DNA of 64,000 nucleotides from a virus: IMG/VR virus record IMGVR_UViG_3300032050_000024, positions 1 to 64,000 of that record; one strand, 5' to 3'. Shown piece by piece: positions 54,240 to 64,000 of this stretch (position 1 is its first letter; each line of letters starts with the position of its first letter). The notes under the pieces were generated by a model. It saw only the letters and a program-made list of their open reading frames with translations, ran no database searches and was not told where the DNA came from. The position numbers and the translations under genes were made by a program.

Positions 54240-54852
54240 TATTGATATCACGCGGGACTACAAAATCAGTGTCTGTATAAAGTTCTAATAAATTATTTAA
54301 TTTTTTACTAAGCCCTGGTAAAAATTTTTCAGCAGTTGTCAATGAATTTCTATTTTTACTAATAACACCTAATTGTTTTATATTATCATTAATAATATCA
54401 TTTATTGGACCTGAAATATACCATGTTAATTGTATAGAATTATATAAATTTTGATCTATCTTATTTGTTAAAAACAATTCATATTGTTTTGAATCAATTT
54501 CTATAATGTTGTTAGATTCATTCTTTTTTTGTAAAAAATATCTTTGTATTTGTTCTTGAGTTGTAATCAAGTTTTCTGGTTGGTATTGTACGGGCGTTAT
54601 AGAAACGACATTAATATTCTTAAGATTTTTATACTTGGTTTTTAATAAATCTTCAGTTTCATATTTAACTAACTGTTTTGATTTATTAGAATCCCATACA
54701 CCTTCTGTGTATACTTCACCCGTTGTATATTTATGATATAAACCTTTATATTCAACAGAATCCGTTGTCATCCATTCTTTACCATATGTATATAAATTAT
54801 TGGTAATTTCTTGTGGCAAATAAAATAGTTTGATTCTCATAACATTATCCAT
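54232..54852 (-). CDS. Putative baseplate/tail-associated protein
   Basis: Last gene of the tail operon; LYT.GKE, Y.G.YH, RYF. Confidence 0.55.
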   Translation of the reverse strand: MDNVMRIKLFYLPQEITNNLYTYGKEWMTTDSVEYKGLYHKYTTGEVYTEGVWDSNKSKQLVKYETEDLLKTKYKNLKNINVVSITPVQYQPENLITTQEQIQRYFLQKKNESNNIIEIDSKQYELFLTNKIDQNLYNSIQLTWYISGPINDIINDNIKQLGVISKNRNSLTTAEKFLPGLSKKLNNLLELYTDTDFVVPRDINIG

Positions 54853-57242
54853 TATTCAATTCTAGGTCGCATTATGCAACGTATTTCTGTAGTCCAAGTA
54901 CTGTCTTGAGAAATTTGATGATTTATTGATATGACGCTAAATACCGTATTTACTTTGTATTTATATGGCAAAACATCAAATGTCACTACATCCCCATATC
55001 GAAATCCTTGTATTCCTTCGAGTGTAAATGATATTTCAAATGGAATAATCGGAGCAATTTGTTGAATTGCCTCTTTTGGTTTAGGAGATGGAAATTGTAA
55101 ATAAAGTTTTTGTGCTTTATCTAAAGACTCTTGTAAAGTTTTATCTGTAAATGAGAAACTAAATTTTCTTTTTGTTTCATTTAATGAGTTTAAATTTTCA
55201 TAAAATTTTTCAGCAGCTTGTTGTTCCGCTAATTTAACATTCTCCGGATCATTACTATTATACATGTAATTTATATATGGTGCAATATCTTCAGATGATA
55301 TATTTTCCGGATTTTGATTTAATACATATGATAATGATGAAACATTATCTGGTAGTTGAGCTTTTAATTGAAAATCTGAAACAACGCTAAATCCAGCTGT
55401 CATTGGTACTGTATACGGTTGTACTGATTTTTTATCGTCAATTGTTCCGAGATATTTTTCATCATACCATGCTAATACGTTTTGATCTTCAGGATGTGTA
55501 ATAAGTTTTAAAATTATTGCATCAGATGTTGCACGTGCAACTTGTTTGCTTACTGCACTTAAAAAATCAGAAACTTTAAAATTTTTACCCAATGAAACTA
55601 AAATGTCATCTATTAATTCTAAGTTAATCATTATTCTAGACGGATATGATCGATTCGTTTTTCCTTCTAAATTACCAGTAAAACCTTTCCAATCTCCATC
55701 AGCTGATAACGTATTTTTAAAAAATGTTTTTGAATCTCTAAGAGCATATGCAGATGGATTATTTTCATTACTTTGTAGTTTATAGTAATTTTCAGTTGTT
55801 CCTCGATTATTATCTGCAGGTAATAATAAAATATTTTCTGGGTCAATTGAACATAATTCTGAATAATAATTACTAAAACAAAATGTGTCAGAAAATATAA
55901 TTTGTGGATATTTTGATGCTACAAATTTTTCTTTTTTTTGCGAAACGTTTTTTAATAAACCTGCTGTTGTTAATTGTTGTGATATATTTATATTTTGTAA
56001 TGTTACAGCATTTTCTTCTTGTATTTGTTTTGCTATAACTGTACGATTAATAAAATCAACTAAATATCCTAAAGTAATATATCGTTGAAATGCAGAAACT
56101 GTATTACTTGAAGTTTTATTTTCTTCTGTTTCTTGTGCCCAAGCATTTCCAAATAAAAAATAATGATCACTATGTTTCGTATTTGCAGGTTTATCTAATC
56201 GATTTAATTGATATTTTACTTCAATAGGTGCAGTTCCATTTTCTTTATTAGTTATTTTTGTGATAAAACATTGTTGATTTTTTCTAGTAAAAGAATTTAT
56301 ATAATGTTTTTCAACTTCTTCATATAATTGTAGAAAAAATGAAGTACGCCCCCCAGTAGCATTAGTTGATTGTGCTATCGATGCTTTATATTCTTCCGGA
56401 TTAGCATTTGGTTCTAGAGTAACTTTTGATGGAGTATTACCTTGAGTATCAATAAACATGGAAACATCCGTAAATACGTTGCTAGTACCTCGCAATGTAA
56501 TAGTTAACTGTACACTGAAATCTTTTTGGTATGAAAAACTAAAATTTGTTATTAATCCTTCAAATGAAATTTTATTCATACTTCGAATTTCATTTTTTTT
56601 ACTGTTTAAATCAATGCCAGGATACAAACTTTTTAATTTTTCATCTGACGGAATAACATCTGTAGTTAGTTGTCCATTTGTTATAGATTTACTTGCAATC
56701 GAAGAATCATCATGTATAACTGATAATTTTACATAGCGGCCCGGGCGCATATATATTTCTTCCATTAAATCTAAATCTCGTTCAGAATTTGGAATTTCAA
56801 TTACAACAGTTGCAGTATTCAATAAACCCATTGAATTATCACCAATTTGAATATCTGCACTAGAAATATATGGCGGAATTCTTAATTGTGGATTTTTTGC
56901 ATTAACTTCATTTCTTCTAGGATGAACTTTTTTTGTTGTAGGATTATAGTCCCATAACAAACTTACATCATCTGGATTTGGACGTACTTTGGTTTTATCT
57001 TCATTTAAAAAACCAGTTAAACCAGCAGCTGTATATTCTTTTCCTAAGTTTTCGTTTAAAACATGTATAGCATTATTTTCATCAATTATAGGTCCAGGTC
57101 CATCAAAAGCTCGTAATTCTACATTTACATATTGTGATAACATGTAATTTAAAGAATCAGTATTTCTTTGAAATGAAGCACTAGCACGTGCGTTTAATTC
57201 AATTTGTAAATTTTTATCAACTTGTGTGTAAAATATATTCAT
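54852..57242 (-). CDS. Putative baseplate hub-like protein
   Basis: YMRPG, GLITNFSF, IPFEISFTLEGIQGF.YG, I.H.I....W.T; follows the LysM baseplate gene. Confidence 0.6.
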   Translation of the reverse strand: MNIFYTQVDKNLQIELNARASASFQRNTDSLNYMLSQYVNVELRAFDGPGPIIDENNAIHVLNENLGKEYTAAGLTGFLNEDKTKVRPNPDDVSLLWDYNPTTKKVHPRRNEVNAKNPQLRIPPYISSADIQIGDNSMGLLNTATVVIEIPNSERDLDLMEEIYMRPGRYVKLSVIHDDSSIASKSITNGQLTTDVIPSDEKLKSLYPGIDLNSKKNEIRSMNKISFEGLITNFSFSYQKDFSVQLTITLRGTSNVFTDVSMFIDTQGNTPSKVTLEPNANPEEYKASIAQSTNATGGRTSFFLQLYEEVEKHYINSFTRKNQQCFITKITNKENGTAPIEVKYQLNRLDKPANTKHSDHYFLFGNAWAQETEENKTSSNTVSAFQRYITLGYLVDFINRTVIAKQIQEENAVTLQNINISQQLTTAGLLKNVSQKKEKFVASKYPQIIFSDTFCFSNYYSELCSIDPENILLLPADNNRGTTENYYKLQSNENNPSAYALRDSKTFFKNTLSADGDWKGFTGNLEGKTNRSYPSRIMINLELIDDILVSLGKNFKVSDFLSAVSKQVARATSDAIILKLITHPEDQNVLAWYDEKYLGTIDDKKSVQPYTVPMTAGFSVVSDFQLKAQLPDNVSSLSYVLNQNPENISSEDIAPYINYMYNSNDPENVKLAEQQAAEKFYENLNSLNETKRKFSFSFTDKTLQESLDKAQKLYLQFPSPKPKEAIQQIAPIIPFEISFTLEGIQGFRYGDVVTFDVLPYKYKVNTVFSVISINHQISQDSTWTTEIRCIMRPRIE

Positions 57243-57529
57243 CTTGTTTTATTTAATTGTTCAATAAAATCAAATACTCTATCTCGTTGTGGTATTCGTA
57301 TTATAGTATTCGATGAAACTACATATGATCCTTTAATTTGATTCAATGTTGCAATAACCCACCATAGATCTGGAGTTCCGTAGAATTCTTGAGATAATTT
57401 ATCTAAACGGTCAGCTGATGTTATTTGTATAACAGTATCCGTTGTTGAAGGAGTTAATGCTAATATTTCTGTTTTATAGCGACGAATTCCTTGTTCGTTT
57501 TTTATTTCAATTTTTTGGTTTCTACTCAT
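57239..57529 (-). CDS. LysM-like baseplate wedge protein (gp53/tail X-like)
   Basis: DRLDKLSQEFYG...LWWVIA..N......IRIP. Confidence 0.8.
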   Translation of the reverse strand: MSRNQKIEIKNEQGIRRYKTEILALTPSTTDTVIQITSADRLDKLSQEFYGTPDLWWVIATLNQIKGSYVVSSNTIIRIPQRDRVFDFIEQLNKTR

Positions 57530-57538
57530 ACTATTATT

Positions 57539-59344
57539 TTATTTTTCTACTTCCCGATTAGATATATCTTCAGCAATAAATACTCCTTGAGCTCGAGCAG
57601 CTCGTTTACTTGTTTTAGAATCATGCAACCAATTTACTGCAGAATCTTCTGAATTAGGAATTCCATCTTTATTAAACTTTTTAGTTAATGAATATGCACT
57701 TCCATCTTTTTCTGGTAATTGATTTCCAACTAAATGCAATCCTAAACTAATATCTACTTTATGTGGAACTTGCATCATTTCCGGATCATCTTCAAAGTTA
57801 ATTTCCCAAGTTGTATCTGCATCAACAAATGTATATGATAAACTATTAATAACAACTGCTTGAGATACAAGTAAATCACCAACTGTTATACGAAGCCATG
57901 GTGCTACAACTGATTTTGATGATTGTTTATATTCTGGCATTGTCATTCCAGCTAAATAATTTAATTTACGATATATAAATTTTAATTCATCTCTATCTGA
58001 CGCATATACTGAAAATCCTAGATCTATGTCTCGACTAAAACCACCATATTGATAATTTGGATCTGCTCTACCAACCATGTTAAGTTGAGTCCAACTTGGT
58101 GAAAATTGATCAGAAAAACTAGTTAATAATGCTCTAAAAACCAATACCCAATCTGTTGCATTAGGATCTCCGCCGGCATATAATTTAGGACCTGTAAAAA
58201 AGAAATTAATTAAATCTTTCGTTGTTCCTAACGGACTTAAACCTATAGCATCAAATGCATTAGCAGTCCAGTTACGCAAAGATTTTAATTTTTCTGATTT
58301 AAAATCGATATCGGTTTCTTGCCATTGATACACATTATTCCATGTACGTTTTTTATAATCAACTACATTTACTCTATCTCCACGGAATGGTATTACTGAT
58401 TCTACATATGTTAATGCTTTTCTATATGTATTTTTTGTAGATGCAGCAGAATTACCAATACTAGATCGCAATGTATAATCATTTCGTATTGCATATGGAT
58501 CATCTTGTTGACCAAATCCGTATAAAGTATCTAAATTAAATACCGTATATGGACCGGTAGTAGTATTTGTTGCGGCTATAGCTATAGCTCGTCCCGATCC
58601 TCGTAATCCAGCAGATGCTCCATCATATCGCCTATCAATTAAATTTACTACATCTATTTTTGCATTAGGCGTATTAGGAGGATTAATTCCAAAACCCGCA
58701 GTTTGTCCGTATACAGAACCAATTGCAATTGATTCTAATCCTTGCCCTATAAATCTAAATATTGTAGTTTTTCTAGCTCGAAAATCTAAATATGGCAACG
58801 GAGTACCTAAATATTTATTGTTTCTTTGACTTAAAGGCGTAGTTGAATAATCACCTAAATTATCTATAGTATCGTAAACTTGATTAACATATGAAATACT
58901 TGATGGAAAACCTAAAAATGTTAAACTGCTTCTGATTGCTTGATTTGCTATTCCACCGGTGGTTTTTAACGCTGTTTTATTAGTATATAAAGTTCCAGCT
59001 TGTGTTGATATTGCAGCCTCGCCATATGTTTCAGCTCCGGCAGGTGTATAATATACAGCTTCTATTTTTTCAGAATCCCATTGTTGTTTCCATGACGCAT
59101 CATAAACACCTGTAAATATTGGACCTAAAACGGATTGATATGATGTAGAACGATTCAATGTTCTAGGGTTAGCAACAGTTGGATTTTGATTTATTTCAGG
59201 AATATTCCATTCTGCACTAGTTAATGGAAATGTTAAATAATCACCATATTCTCGAGTTTGTTGAAATTGATTTGGAAGGCCTTTACTGCGATCAGGTGCA
59301 AGACTTGCTCGTAAACTGTCTTCAAAATTAAATCTAATAGCCAT
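57539..59344 (-). CDS. Tail tube initiator/baseplate protein
   Basis: FRA..T..SD...P.W......GR.DP.Y.Y..F.R, P..RITVGDL; follows the tape measure. Confidence 0.6.
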   Translation of the reverse strand: MAIRFNFEDSLRASLAPDRSKGLPNQFQQTREYGDYLTFPLTSAEWNIPEINQNPTVANPRTLNRSTSYQSVLGPIFTGVYDASWKQQWDSEKIEAVYYTPAGAETYGEAAISTQAGTLYTNKTALKTTGGIANQAIRSSLTFLGFPSSISYVNQVYDTIDNLGDYSTTPLSQRNNKYLGTPLPYLDFRARKTTIFRFIGQGLESIAIGSVYGQTAGFGINPPNTPNAKIDVVNLIDRRYDGASAGLRGSGRAIAIAATNTTTGPYTVFNLDTLYGFGQQDDPYAIRNDYTLRSSIGNSAASTKNTYRKALTYVESVIPFRGDRVNVVDYKKRTWNNVYQWQETDIDFKSEKLKSLRNWTANAFDAIGLSPLGTTKDLINFFFTGPKLYAGGDPNATDWVLVFRALLTSFSDQFSPSWTQLNMVGRADPNYQYGGFSRDIDLGFSVYASDRDELKFIYRKLNYLAGMTMPEYKQSSKSVVAPWLRITVGDLLVSQAVVINSLSYTFVDADTTWEINFEDDPEMMQVPHKVDISLGLHLVGNQLPEKDGSAYSLTKKFNKDGIPNSEDSAVNWLHDSKTSKRAARAQGVFIAEDISNREVEK

Positions 59345-59346
59345 GA

Positions 59347-61275
59347 TTATCCTCCATATCTAGGTGTTGGGTTAAGTGATGTTGAACCGAAGGTATTATC
59401 TGTTTTAACTATTAAATTAGCAGATTCTACAGCTGTTTTTATTTGAGCGACAAACGTTGTAAATAGCGAATGCATTGATTGTTGAAAATTTCTATCTCGT
59501 TTTTCCATTTGAGCTGCATATCGATCTAAACCACCTACGTTAGTTCCTGCTAATGTCATTCCATCATTGATTCTTCGAAATTTATCTCTAGGATTAAATG
59601 ATACCATCCCATCATTAACCATAACAGCATCATTTGCAGGTACTGCAGTATTAAATGATGCATTTTCTACTGTCATTGTTTGAACTTCTTGACCGTTTAT
59701 AATCAAATTTGCAGTTCCGGTGTTACCTAACAGCTGATCTACTGTTGTTGTTATGACTGCGGTAAGTCCACCAACTCCATTTAATAAATCCGTAAACGCT
59801 GTTTTAAATTCATTATCAGCAGCTCTCGTTTTACGTTGAATTTGTGTTTCTCCTAAAGTCGTTAAAGAGTTTGTAAATGTTAAAAATTCTGCATTTGAAA
59901 CTAGTCCAAATTCTTTAATTGCATCATTCATAGCTGTTTGAGCGTCTTTAATCATCTTAACTGCTTCATCTTCGGTTCCGGCGCGTAATTTAATTCCTTT
60001 TGCTTCTATAGAACCTAAATATTCTGCAGTTCTAGTTGCAGGATCACGTAAATCTCTATTTTCATTTTCCATGATCTTAGCAATATCTTGAGTATCTACT
60101 TTTGCATCTTTTAATGCTTGTTCTAGTTTTTCTCCAGATAAATTAAGATCAATGTTGATATTTTTATCTTTTTGTATTTGACTTAATAATTTTCGTTTTT
60201 CTATCAATTGATCTAATTTTCCAGCCTCAACTCCTAATGTTTTTTGTAATTGATCTCGAGCTAATTTGTTATTTTCTAATATATCACCTTCTTGCATGAT
60301 GATTTGATTTAATGTTTCAGCTGCATCATTTGCCTGTCCTCGTAAATATTGTTCTCGATATAAATTTGTTAAACTTTTACCTTTCATTTTTGCACTAGAC
60401 TGTTCATTTCCTACCAATCTACGTCCAGTTAAAAGTTGATAATTTAATTCTTCACCAACACTAGATTCTATATTTAATAACGTTTCGCCAACTGCTTCTA
60501 AATCTGCTAATTCTAAACCCATTTGTTTTAATTTTATAACAGCTAAACCTAATTGACCTGGATATTTTTTAAATGTTAAACGAGTTCCTGCAGCTGCCTC
60601 TCCTATTCCTTTTTGTACTTCATATGCAGCTCCAGATATTTGTGTTTGTTCTTCTATTTTTTGAGCAATATAATCAAACATTACAGCTTGTTTTTCAACT
60701 TCTGCAGTAGTCCCTTTTTTTGTCATGGATGCATTAAATGCCATTAAGCCTTGAGTTGCTTCTTCACTTAAGCGTCTAGTAGTACCATAGTATTGAGCTA
60801 CTTGTTGTAAAGATTCATCTAATGAATTAACGCCATATGCTAAACCTTTTATAGCTTTACTATTTTTTTCAATTTGTTCTCGGCTAGTTTTCATGGATAT
60901 GGCTAAATCATCCATTTTATAACCCATTTTGCCGGCTTGTTCTATAGTTAATCCAAATTCTTTTTGTAAATTTTTATTTCTCTGAGCTAAAACATTGACA
61001 TCTTCTGACAAATCTTGCATTTCTTTTGCCATTTTTTGCCATTCACCCATGGCTCCGGCAATAGCCATAGTCGTTTTGGCAGTTGTTTTAGCTAATGTTG
61101 TTAAATTAGCATCAAACTCTGCATATGCTATGGCAGCTTTCTTTATGTCCGAGCTCGCTGCGGCTATGGAGTTTTTGGCATTTTCTTGTCGGCGTTGCCT
61201 TTCTTCTTCATCAAATTGACCAATTCTTGGATATTTCTTTAAAAGACTGATGATATGTTTTGAAATGGGATTCAT
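59347..61275 (-). CDS. Tape measure protein
   Basis: Ala/Lys/Glu-rich helical protein after the tube and chaperones; LLNIESSV..EL..QLLTG; ATATTTAT at 61280-61287. Confidence 0.7.
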   Translation of the reverse strand: MNPISKHIISLLKKYPRIGQFDEEERQRRQENAKNSIAAASSDIKKAAIAYAEFDANLTTLAKTTAKTTMAIAGAMGEWQKMAKEMQDLSEDVNVLAQRNKNLQKEFGLTIEQAGKMGYKMDDLAISMKTSREQIEKNSKAIKGLAYGVNSLDESLQQVAQYYGTTRRLSEEATQGLMAFNASMTKKGTTAEVEKQAVMFDYIAQKIEEQTQISGAAYEVQKGIGEAAAGTRLTFKKYPGQLGLAVIKLKQMGLELADLEAVGETLLNIESSVGEELNYQLLTGRRLVGNEQSSAKMKGKSLTNLYREQYLRGQANDAAETLNQIIMQEGDILENNKLARDQLQKTLGVEAGKLDQLIEKRKLLSQIQKDKNINIDLNLSGEKLEQALKDAKVDTQDIAKIMENENRDLRDPATRTAEYLGSIEAKGIKLRAGTEDEAVKMIKDAQTAMNDAIKEFGLVSNAEFLTFTNSLTTLGETQIQRKTRAADNEFKTAFTDLLNGVGGLTAVITTTVDQLLGNTGTANLIINGQEVQTMTVENASFNTAVPANDAVMVNDGMVSFNPRDKFRRINDGMTLAGTNVGGLDRYAAQMEKRDRNFQQSMHSLFTTFVAQIKTAVESANLIVKTDNTFGSTSLNPTPRYGG

Positions 61276-61293
61276 ACTTATAAATATTATGAT

Positions 61294-61572
61294 TTATAAT
61301 TTTAAGTTGGCTGGCGGTGTTGCTATTTCTGTTTTTGATTTGGTTGCAGTTTTTGGTTGATTTTTTTCGTTTAAATTATCAATCCAAAAATTACGTAAAA
61401 ATATTGGCATATTATATATAGTTTGCCAGTCCCATCTACCATTGCCAGCCCATATCAAATCAAATAATACTTTGTGAAGCAGAATACGATCTGCGGGTTT
61501 AAAACCAAAAAAGGTCTGGTCCAAGTTGAAACCCGGCCGTGAAGGTGCCTCCATCTTCACCTTCAAATTCAT
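61294..61572 (-). CDS. Tail assembly chaperone C-terminal part (gp51/T-like), probably made by frameshift
   Basis: LH..LF.L.W.G.G.W.W..IYNMPI.LR.FW; overlaps the upstream ORF by 74 nt in the +1 frame. Confidence 0.65.
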   Translation of the reverse strand: MNLKVKMEAPSRPGFNLDQTFFGFKPADRILLHKVLFDLIWAGNGRWDWQTIYNMPIFLRNFWIDNLNEKNQPKTATKSKTEIATPPANLKL

Positions 61573-62284
61573 ATTGTAAATCTATGCCAGGCATATTTGC
61601 GTATACAAATGTACGGAATTCTTTTGCTGGTTTAGCTAAGAATTTATAACGAATAAACGACTCAATAATATTAGGCTCTCTAGAGCCATCTACTTCTCGA
61701 ATCATTTGTTTTAATAAATCAGATATAGCCGTATTATCTGATATTTTTTTTATTTGATCTATAGATAAAAATGCAAATTTAATTTCATGAGTTTCATTTA
61801 AAATGTTTAAACGATATGAAAATTCTCCATTTTCATCAGACTGTAAATCAAATTTTTTATATTTAATTTTAGTCAAATTAATAGTTCTATTCAACTCTTT
61901 TTTAGTTGTTGGATCTATTACTAGTACTGGATAATCGGCTCCATATGATAAAATACGTGCTTGTATTAATAAAGCATCTTTATCTACTTGTGCTACATCC
62001 GAAATTGTTATTCCTGGAGTGACAATAAGACTATCTAATAGTTTGTCTAATACTATTCCTTCTTTAATGTAAGATGAATTAGTTAAAATATCTTCATCAT
62101 ATGCTGTCATGTAACGCATTTCAATTTGTCCGCTTCGAAGTGGACTAGAACTTGGATATATCAATCCTAAACTAGGTAAATTAACAATTTCAGAAGGCAA
62201 TGTTTTTCTTTGAGATTCTTCATATTGTTGTTTTGCAATATTAACGATGTCTTTGTTAGTTAAGCGTGTTGTTACTTGTGCCAT
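61499..62284 (-). CDS. Tail assembly chaperone / baseplate hub assembly protein (gp26/G-like)
   Basis: LPS.G..Y, MRYMTA..EDIL, D..ALLI.ARI.SYG..Y; located between tube and tape measure. Confidence 0.75.
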   Translation of the reverse strand: MAQVTTRLTNKDIVNIAKQQYEESQRKTLPSEIVNLPSLGLIYPSSSPLRSGQIEMRYMTAYDEDILTNSSYIKEGIVLDKLLDSLIVTPGITISDVAQVDKDALLIQARILSYGADYPVLVIDPTTKKELNRTINLTKIKYKKFDLQSDENGEFSYRLNILNETHEIKFAFLSIDQIKKISDNTAISDLLKQMIREVDGSREPNIIESFIRYKFLAKPAKEFRTFVYANMPGIDLQYEFEGEDGGTFTAGFQLGPDLFWF

Positions 62285-62309
62285 AGATTCCTTTTATAAC
62301 TTCTTTATT

Positions 62310-62317
62310 ATAAATAT
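62310..62317 (-). promoter_or_regulatory. Putative late promoter ATATTTAT
   Basis: Directly after a terminator and upstream of a tail gene. Confidence 0.6.
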
Positions 62318-62328
62318 GTATAAACATG

Positions 62329-62353
62329 AAAAATGGGGGCATTTACCCCCATT
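62329..62353 (-). terminator. Intrinsic terminator after the tail tube gene
   Basis: AATGGGGG-taaatg-CCCCCATT stem followed by T residues. Confidence 0.75.
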
Positions 62354-62372
62354 AATTAATTAATTAAAATTT

Positions 62373-62897
62373 TTAGAAACTTAAGAAAGCCCAATCGTAA
62401 CGAAGTGTTAATTCAATGTTAACAACATCTTCAGTTGACCAATCTAAACTTCCGAAGTTTGCATCAACAATATAAGTTCCTTTTAAAATCCATTCTTGAA
62501 TAACTTCGCCCAATGGTGAAAGTTGACGCAATTTAATTTCTTTTTTATAATATGATGAATAACCATCTCTACCTGTTGCAGATTCATGATGTAAACGAAT
62601 CCATTCCATAACAGCTTGTGCTCCTGATGGAATAATTGCATCATAAAGTGTTATACTTATGTTATTCCAAACTGATTTGCCTTTAACATATCGCTGAACG
62701 TTGATATGATCTAAAGTTACTTCTCCATTTGCAATACTTGGTTTAGCTGACGCTTTAATTAAATATGCAGGAATTCCTCCTATAGACATAATAAACTGAT
62801 GTTGTTTAATTGGTTCCCACGAAAACGCATTATCATAAAATTCTGGTTGAATACCAACGTCTATAAGTCCTGGACTTACTTGATCCTTTAATGCCAT
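62373..62897 (-). CDS. Tail tube protein (gp19-like)
   Basis: WNNISITLYD.I, V.EW, YKK, W.L.G, FG.LDW, L.YD. Confidence 0.85.
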   Translation of the reverse strand: MALKDQVSPGLIDVGIQPEFYDNAFSWEPIKQHQFIMSIGGIPAYLIKASAKPSIANGEVTLDHINVQRYVKGKSVWNNISITLYDAIIPSGAQAVMEWIRLHHESATGRDGYSSYYKKEIKLRQLSPLGEVIQEWILKGTYIVDANFGSLDWSTEDVVNIELTLRYDWAFLSF

Positions 62898-62920
62898 TTT
62901 TTTTCCTCAATAATTTTATT

Positions 62921-62928
62921 ATAAATAT
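62921..62928 (-). promoter_or_regulatory. Putative late promoter ATATTTAT
   Basis: Between the sheath terminator and the tube gene (GAGG SD). Confidence 0.6.
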
Positions 62929-62937
62929 AAGAACAGT

Positions 62938-62969
62938 AAAAAAAGGTAGAACTAAAATCCTACCTTTTT
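62938..62969 (-). terminator. Intrinsic terminator after the tail sheath gene
   Basis: AAAAAGGTAG(G)...(T)CTACCTTTTTTT on the minus strand. Confidence 0.7.
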
Positions 62970-62984
62970 CTAAATCTTTTTTTA

Positions 62985-64000
62985 CTATTCTGGGAATGCT
63001 GCTCCCGTTGCTTGAATAGTGAAATCTAAAACGATAAATTCAGCCGTTCTAGTTGGTTGTAAAAATAATTGACCATTTAAAATTCCAGCGTCAATATCAG
63101 CAGATGTATTATTTGTATTATCCATTCTAACTTGGAATGCAGTTAAACCTCTTTCAGCTCTAACTTGTTCTAGATATGGATTAACAATTCCTAGGAATCT
63201 ATCTCTAATAGCTTGATCATTTGGTTCGAATACTAAGAAACGAGACACAGAAGCAATAAATTTCTTAACTGTGATTAATAAACGACGCACATTTACTCGA
63301 TTTAACGCAGATATATTAGATTGTAAAGTCTTTTGACCCCAAATCACAACTCCGCCAACAGGAAAGTTTGCAATAGGATTAATACGAGCTTGATACAAAT
63401 CATCTCTATCACTTTGAGATAAATTTTGATATGTTCCCGTTACGGTAGTTAAACCACCTCTATTTAAACCTGCCGGTGCATACCATGGCCTTGCAGTTTG
63501 ATCATTAAATGTTAATGCTCCTGGAATAACTACAGATGGTGGTACCCATGTTGGGATATTATTTGATGGATTATTGATTCTTACCCATGGCCAATATGTT
63601 GCAGTATAACTATTGTCAATTGGAGTAACTTGACTTATTACAGTTTCAATGCTATCTGTTAATACATTTGAATCCATTATATAAAATGTATCAAGTCTTG
63701 TTTGTGCACATAATGCTCTTGCTTCAGAAGAAACGGCAGAATGCAAACTATCAATAATACCTGGCGTTATTAACATGTTGATGTCATATTGATCTGTATT
63801 TCCTAATAATCCGAAAGCTTTTCGGTATGCAACTGTTCCTGTTGTACTTGTTCCGCTACAATCAAATCCAAATGTATTTGCCGAAGTAATATTTGCTCCA
63901 GAAAATTTAGGTAAATTAGGACGCGTTCCGTCAAAACCTCCTTGGAATGGTACAATAAATTTTCTAGTAGTTGATTTTATTTTAGTAAATTGATTAGATG
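62985..64000 (-). CDS. Contractile tail sheath protein (gp18-like), 5' end outside the window
   Basis: YWPWV, WYAPAGLNRG, INPI, WGQKTL, RVNVRRLL, FEPND, PTRTAEFI; the frame stays open upstream of 63776. Confidence 0.92.
   Translation of the reverse strand, partial: SNQFTKIKSTTRKFIVPFQGGFDGTRPNLPKFSGANITSANTFGFDCSGTSTTGTVAYRKAFGLLGNTDQYDINMLITPGIIDSLHSAVSSEARALCAQTRLDTFYIMDSNVLTDSIETVISQVTPIDNSYTATYWPWVRINNPSNNIPTWVPPSVVIPGALTFNDQTARPWYAPAGLNRGGLTTVTGTYQNLSQSDRDDLYQARINPIANFPVGGVVIWGQKTLQSNISALNRVNVRRLLITVKKFIASVSRFLVFEPNDQAIRDRFLGIVNPYLEQVRAERGLTAFQVRMDNTNNTSADIDAGILNGQLFLQPTRTAEFIVLDFTIQATGAAFPE

Noticed and set aside
908-61219. All plus-strand ORFs in the track (for example 908-1279, 2226-2684, 21090-21551, 51633-52064) and short nested minus-strand ORFs
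   Set aside because: They lie antisense to or inside well-supported genes, have no recognisable motifs and mostly non-ATG starts; they are treated as shadow ORFs.
1-64000. Stop-codon reassignment as seen in some large phages
   Set aside because: Conserved genes (PolB, NrdJ, helicase, RecA) are full length in the standard code, and TAA, TAG and TGA all end genes at sensible positions.
1-64000. tRNA/rRNA genes, introns, inteins, integrase or IS elements
   Set aside because: Intergenic gaps are short and none shows a cloverleaf by eye; PolB, NrdJ, helicase and RecA have normal lengths; no recombinase or transposase motifs were seen. A tRNAscan/Infernal run would be needed to be certain.

Overview
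AT-rich segment of a large lytic myovirus genome with distantly T4-like replication and tail genes. Almost every real gene is on the minus strand and reads in the standard genetic code. A Bacteroidota host is inferred from a T9SS-type secreted protein and a Bacteroidota-like ClpS. In transcription order (right to left) the window holds: tail sheath, tube, chaperones, tape measure and baseplate (64000-54232); a PolA-like protein, SSB, RecA, 5'-3' exonuclease, DnaB-type helicase and class II RNR; a 7-deazaguanine DNA-modification cluster (folE, queD, queE, HPRT, DpdL-like, glycosyltransferase, DpdA/TGT-like; no queC in the window) interleaved with PolB, the sliding clamp and the clamp loader; a 10-gene glycosylation/sugar cluster; a lysis cassette; many putative head-packaged proteins; ClpS/UVR; and a MoxR-vWA pair. 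Best leads: (1) a family of unrelated enzymes sharing an M-I-x-L-K-x-L-L-x-E leader, two of which also share a 16-aa C-terminal tag whose DNA differs only at synonymous sites; (2) a deazaguanine pathway with an embedded glycosyltransferase, whose DpdA-like enzyme ends in the same KFFxF motif as the DNA polymerase; (3) two promoter classes, with many apparently leaderless genes; (4) a probable +1 frameshift joining the tail chaperones; (5) a 13-bp inverted repeat bracketing the MoxR gene. All family assignments come from motif recognition by eye; no database search was run.
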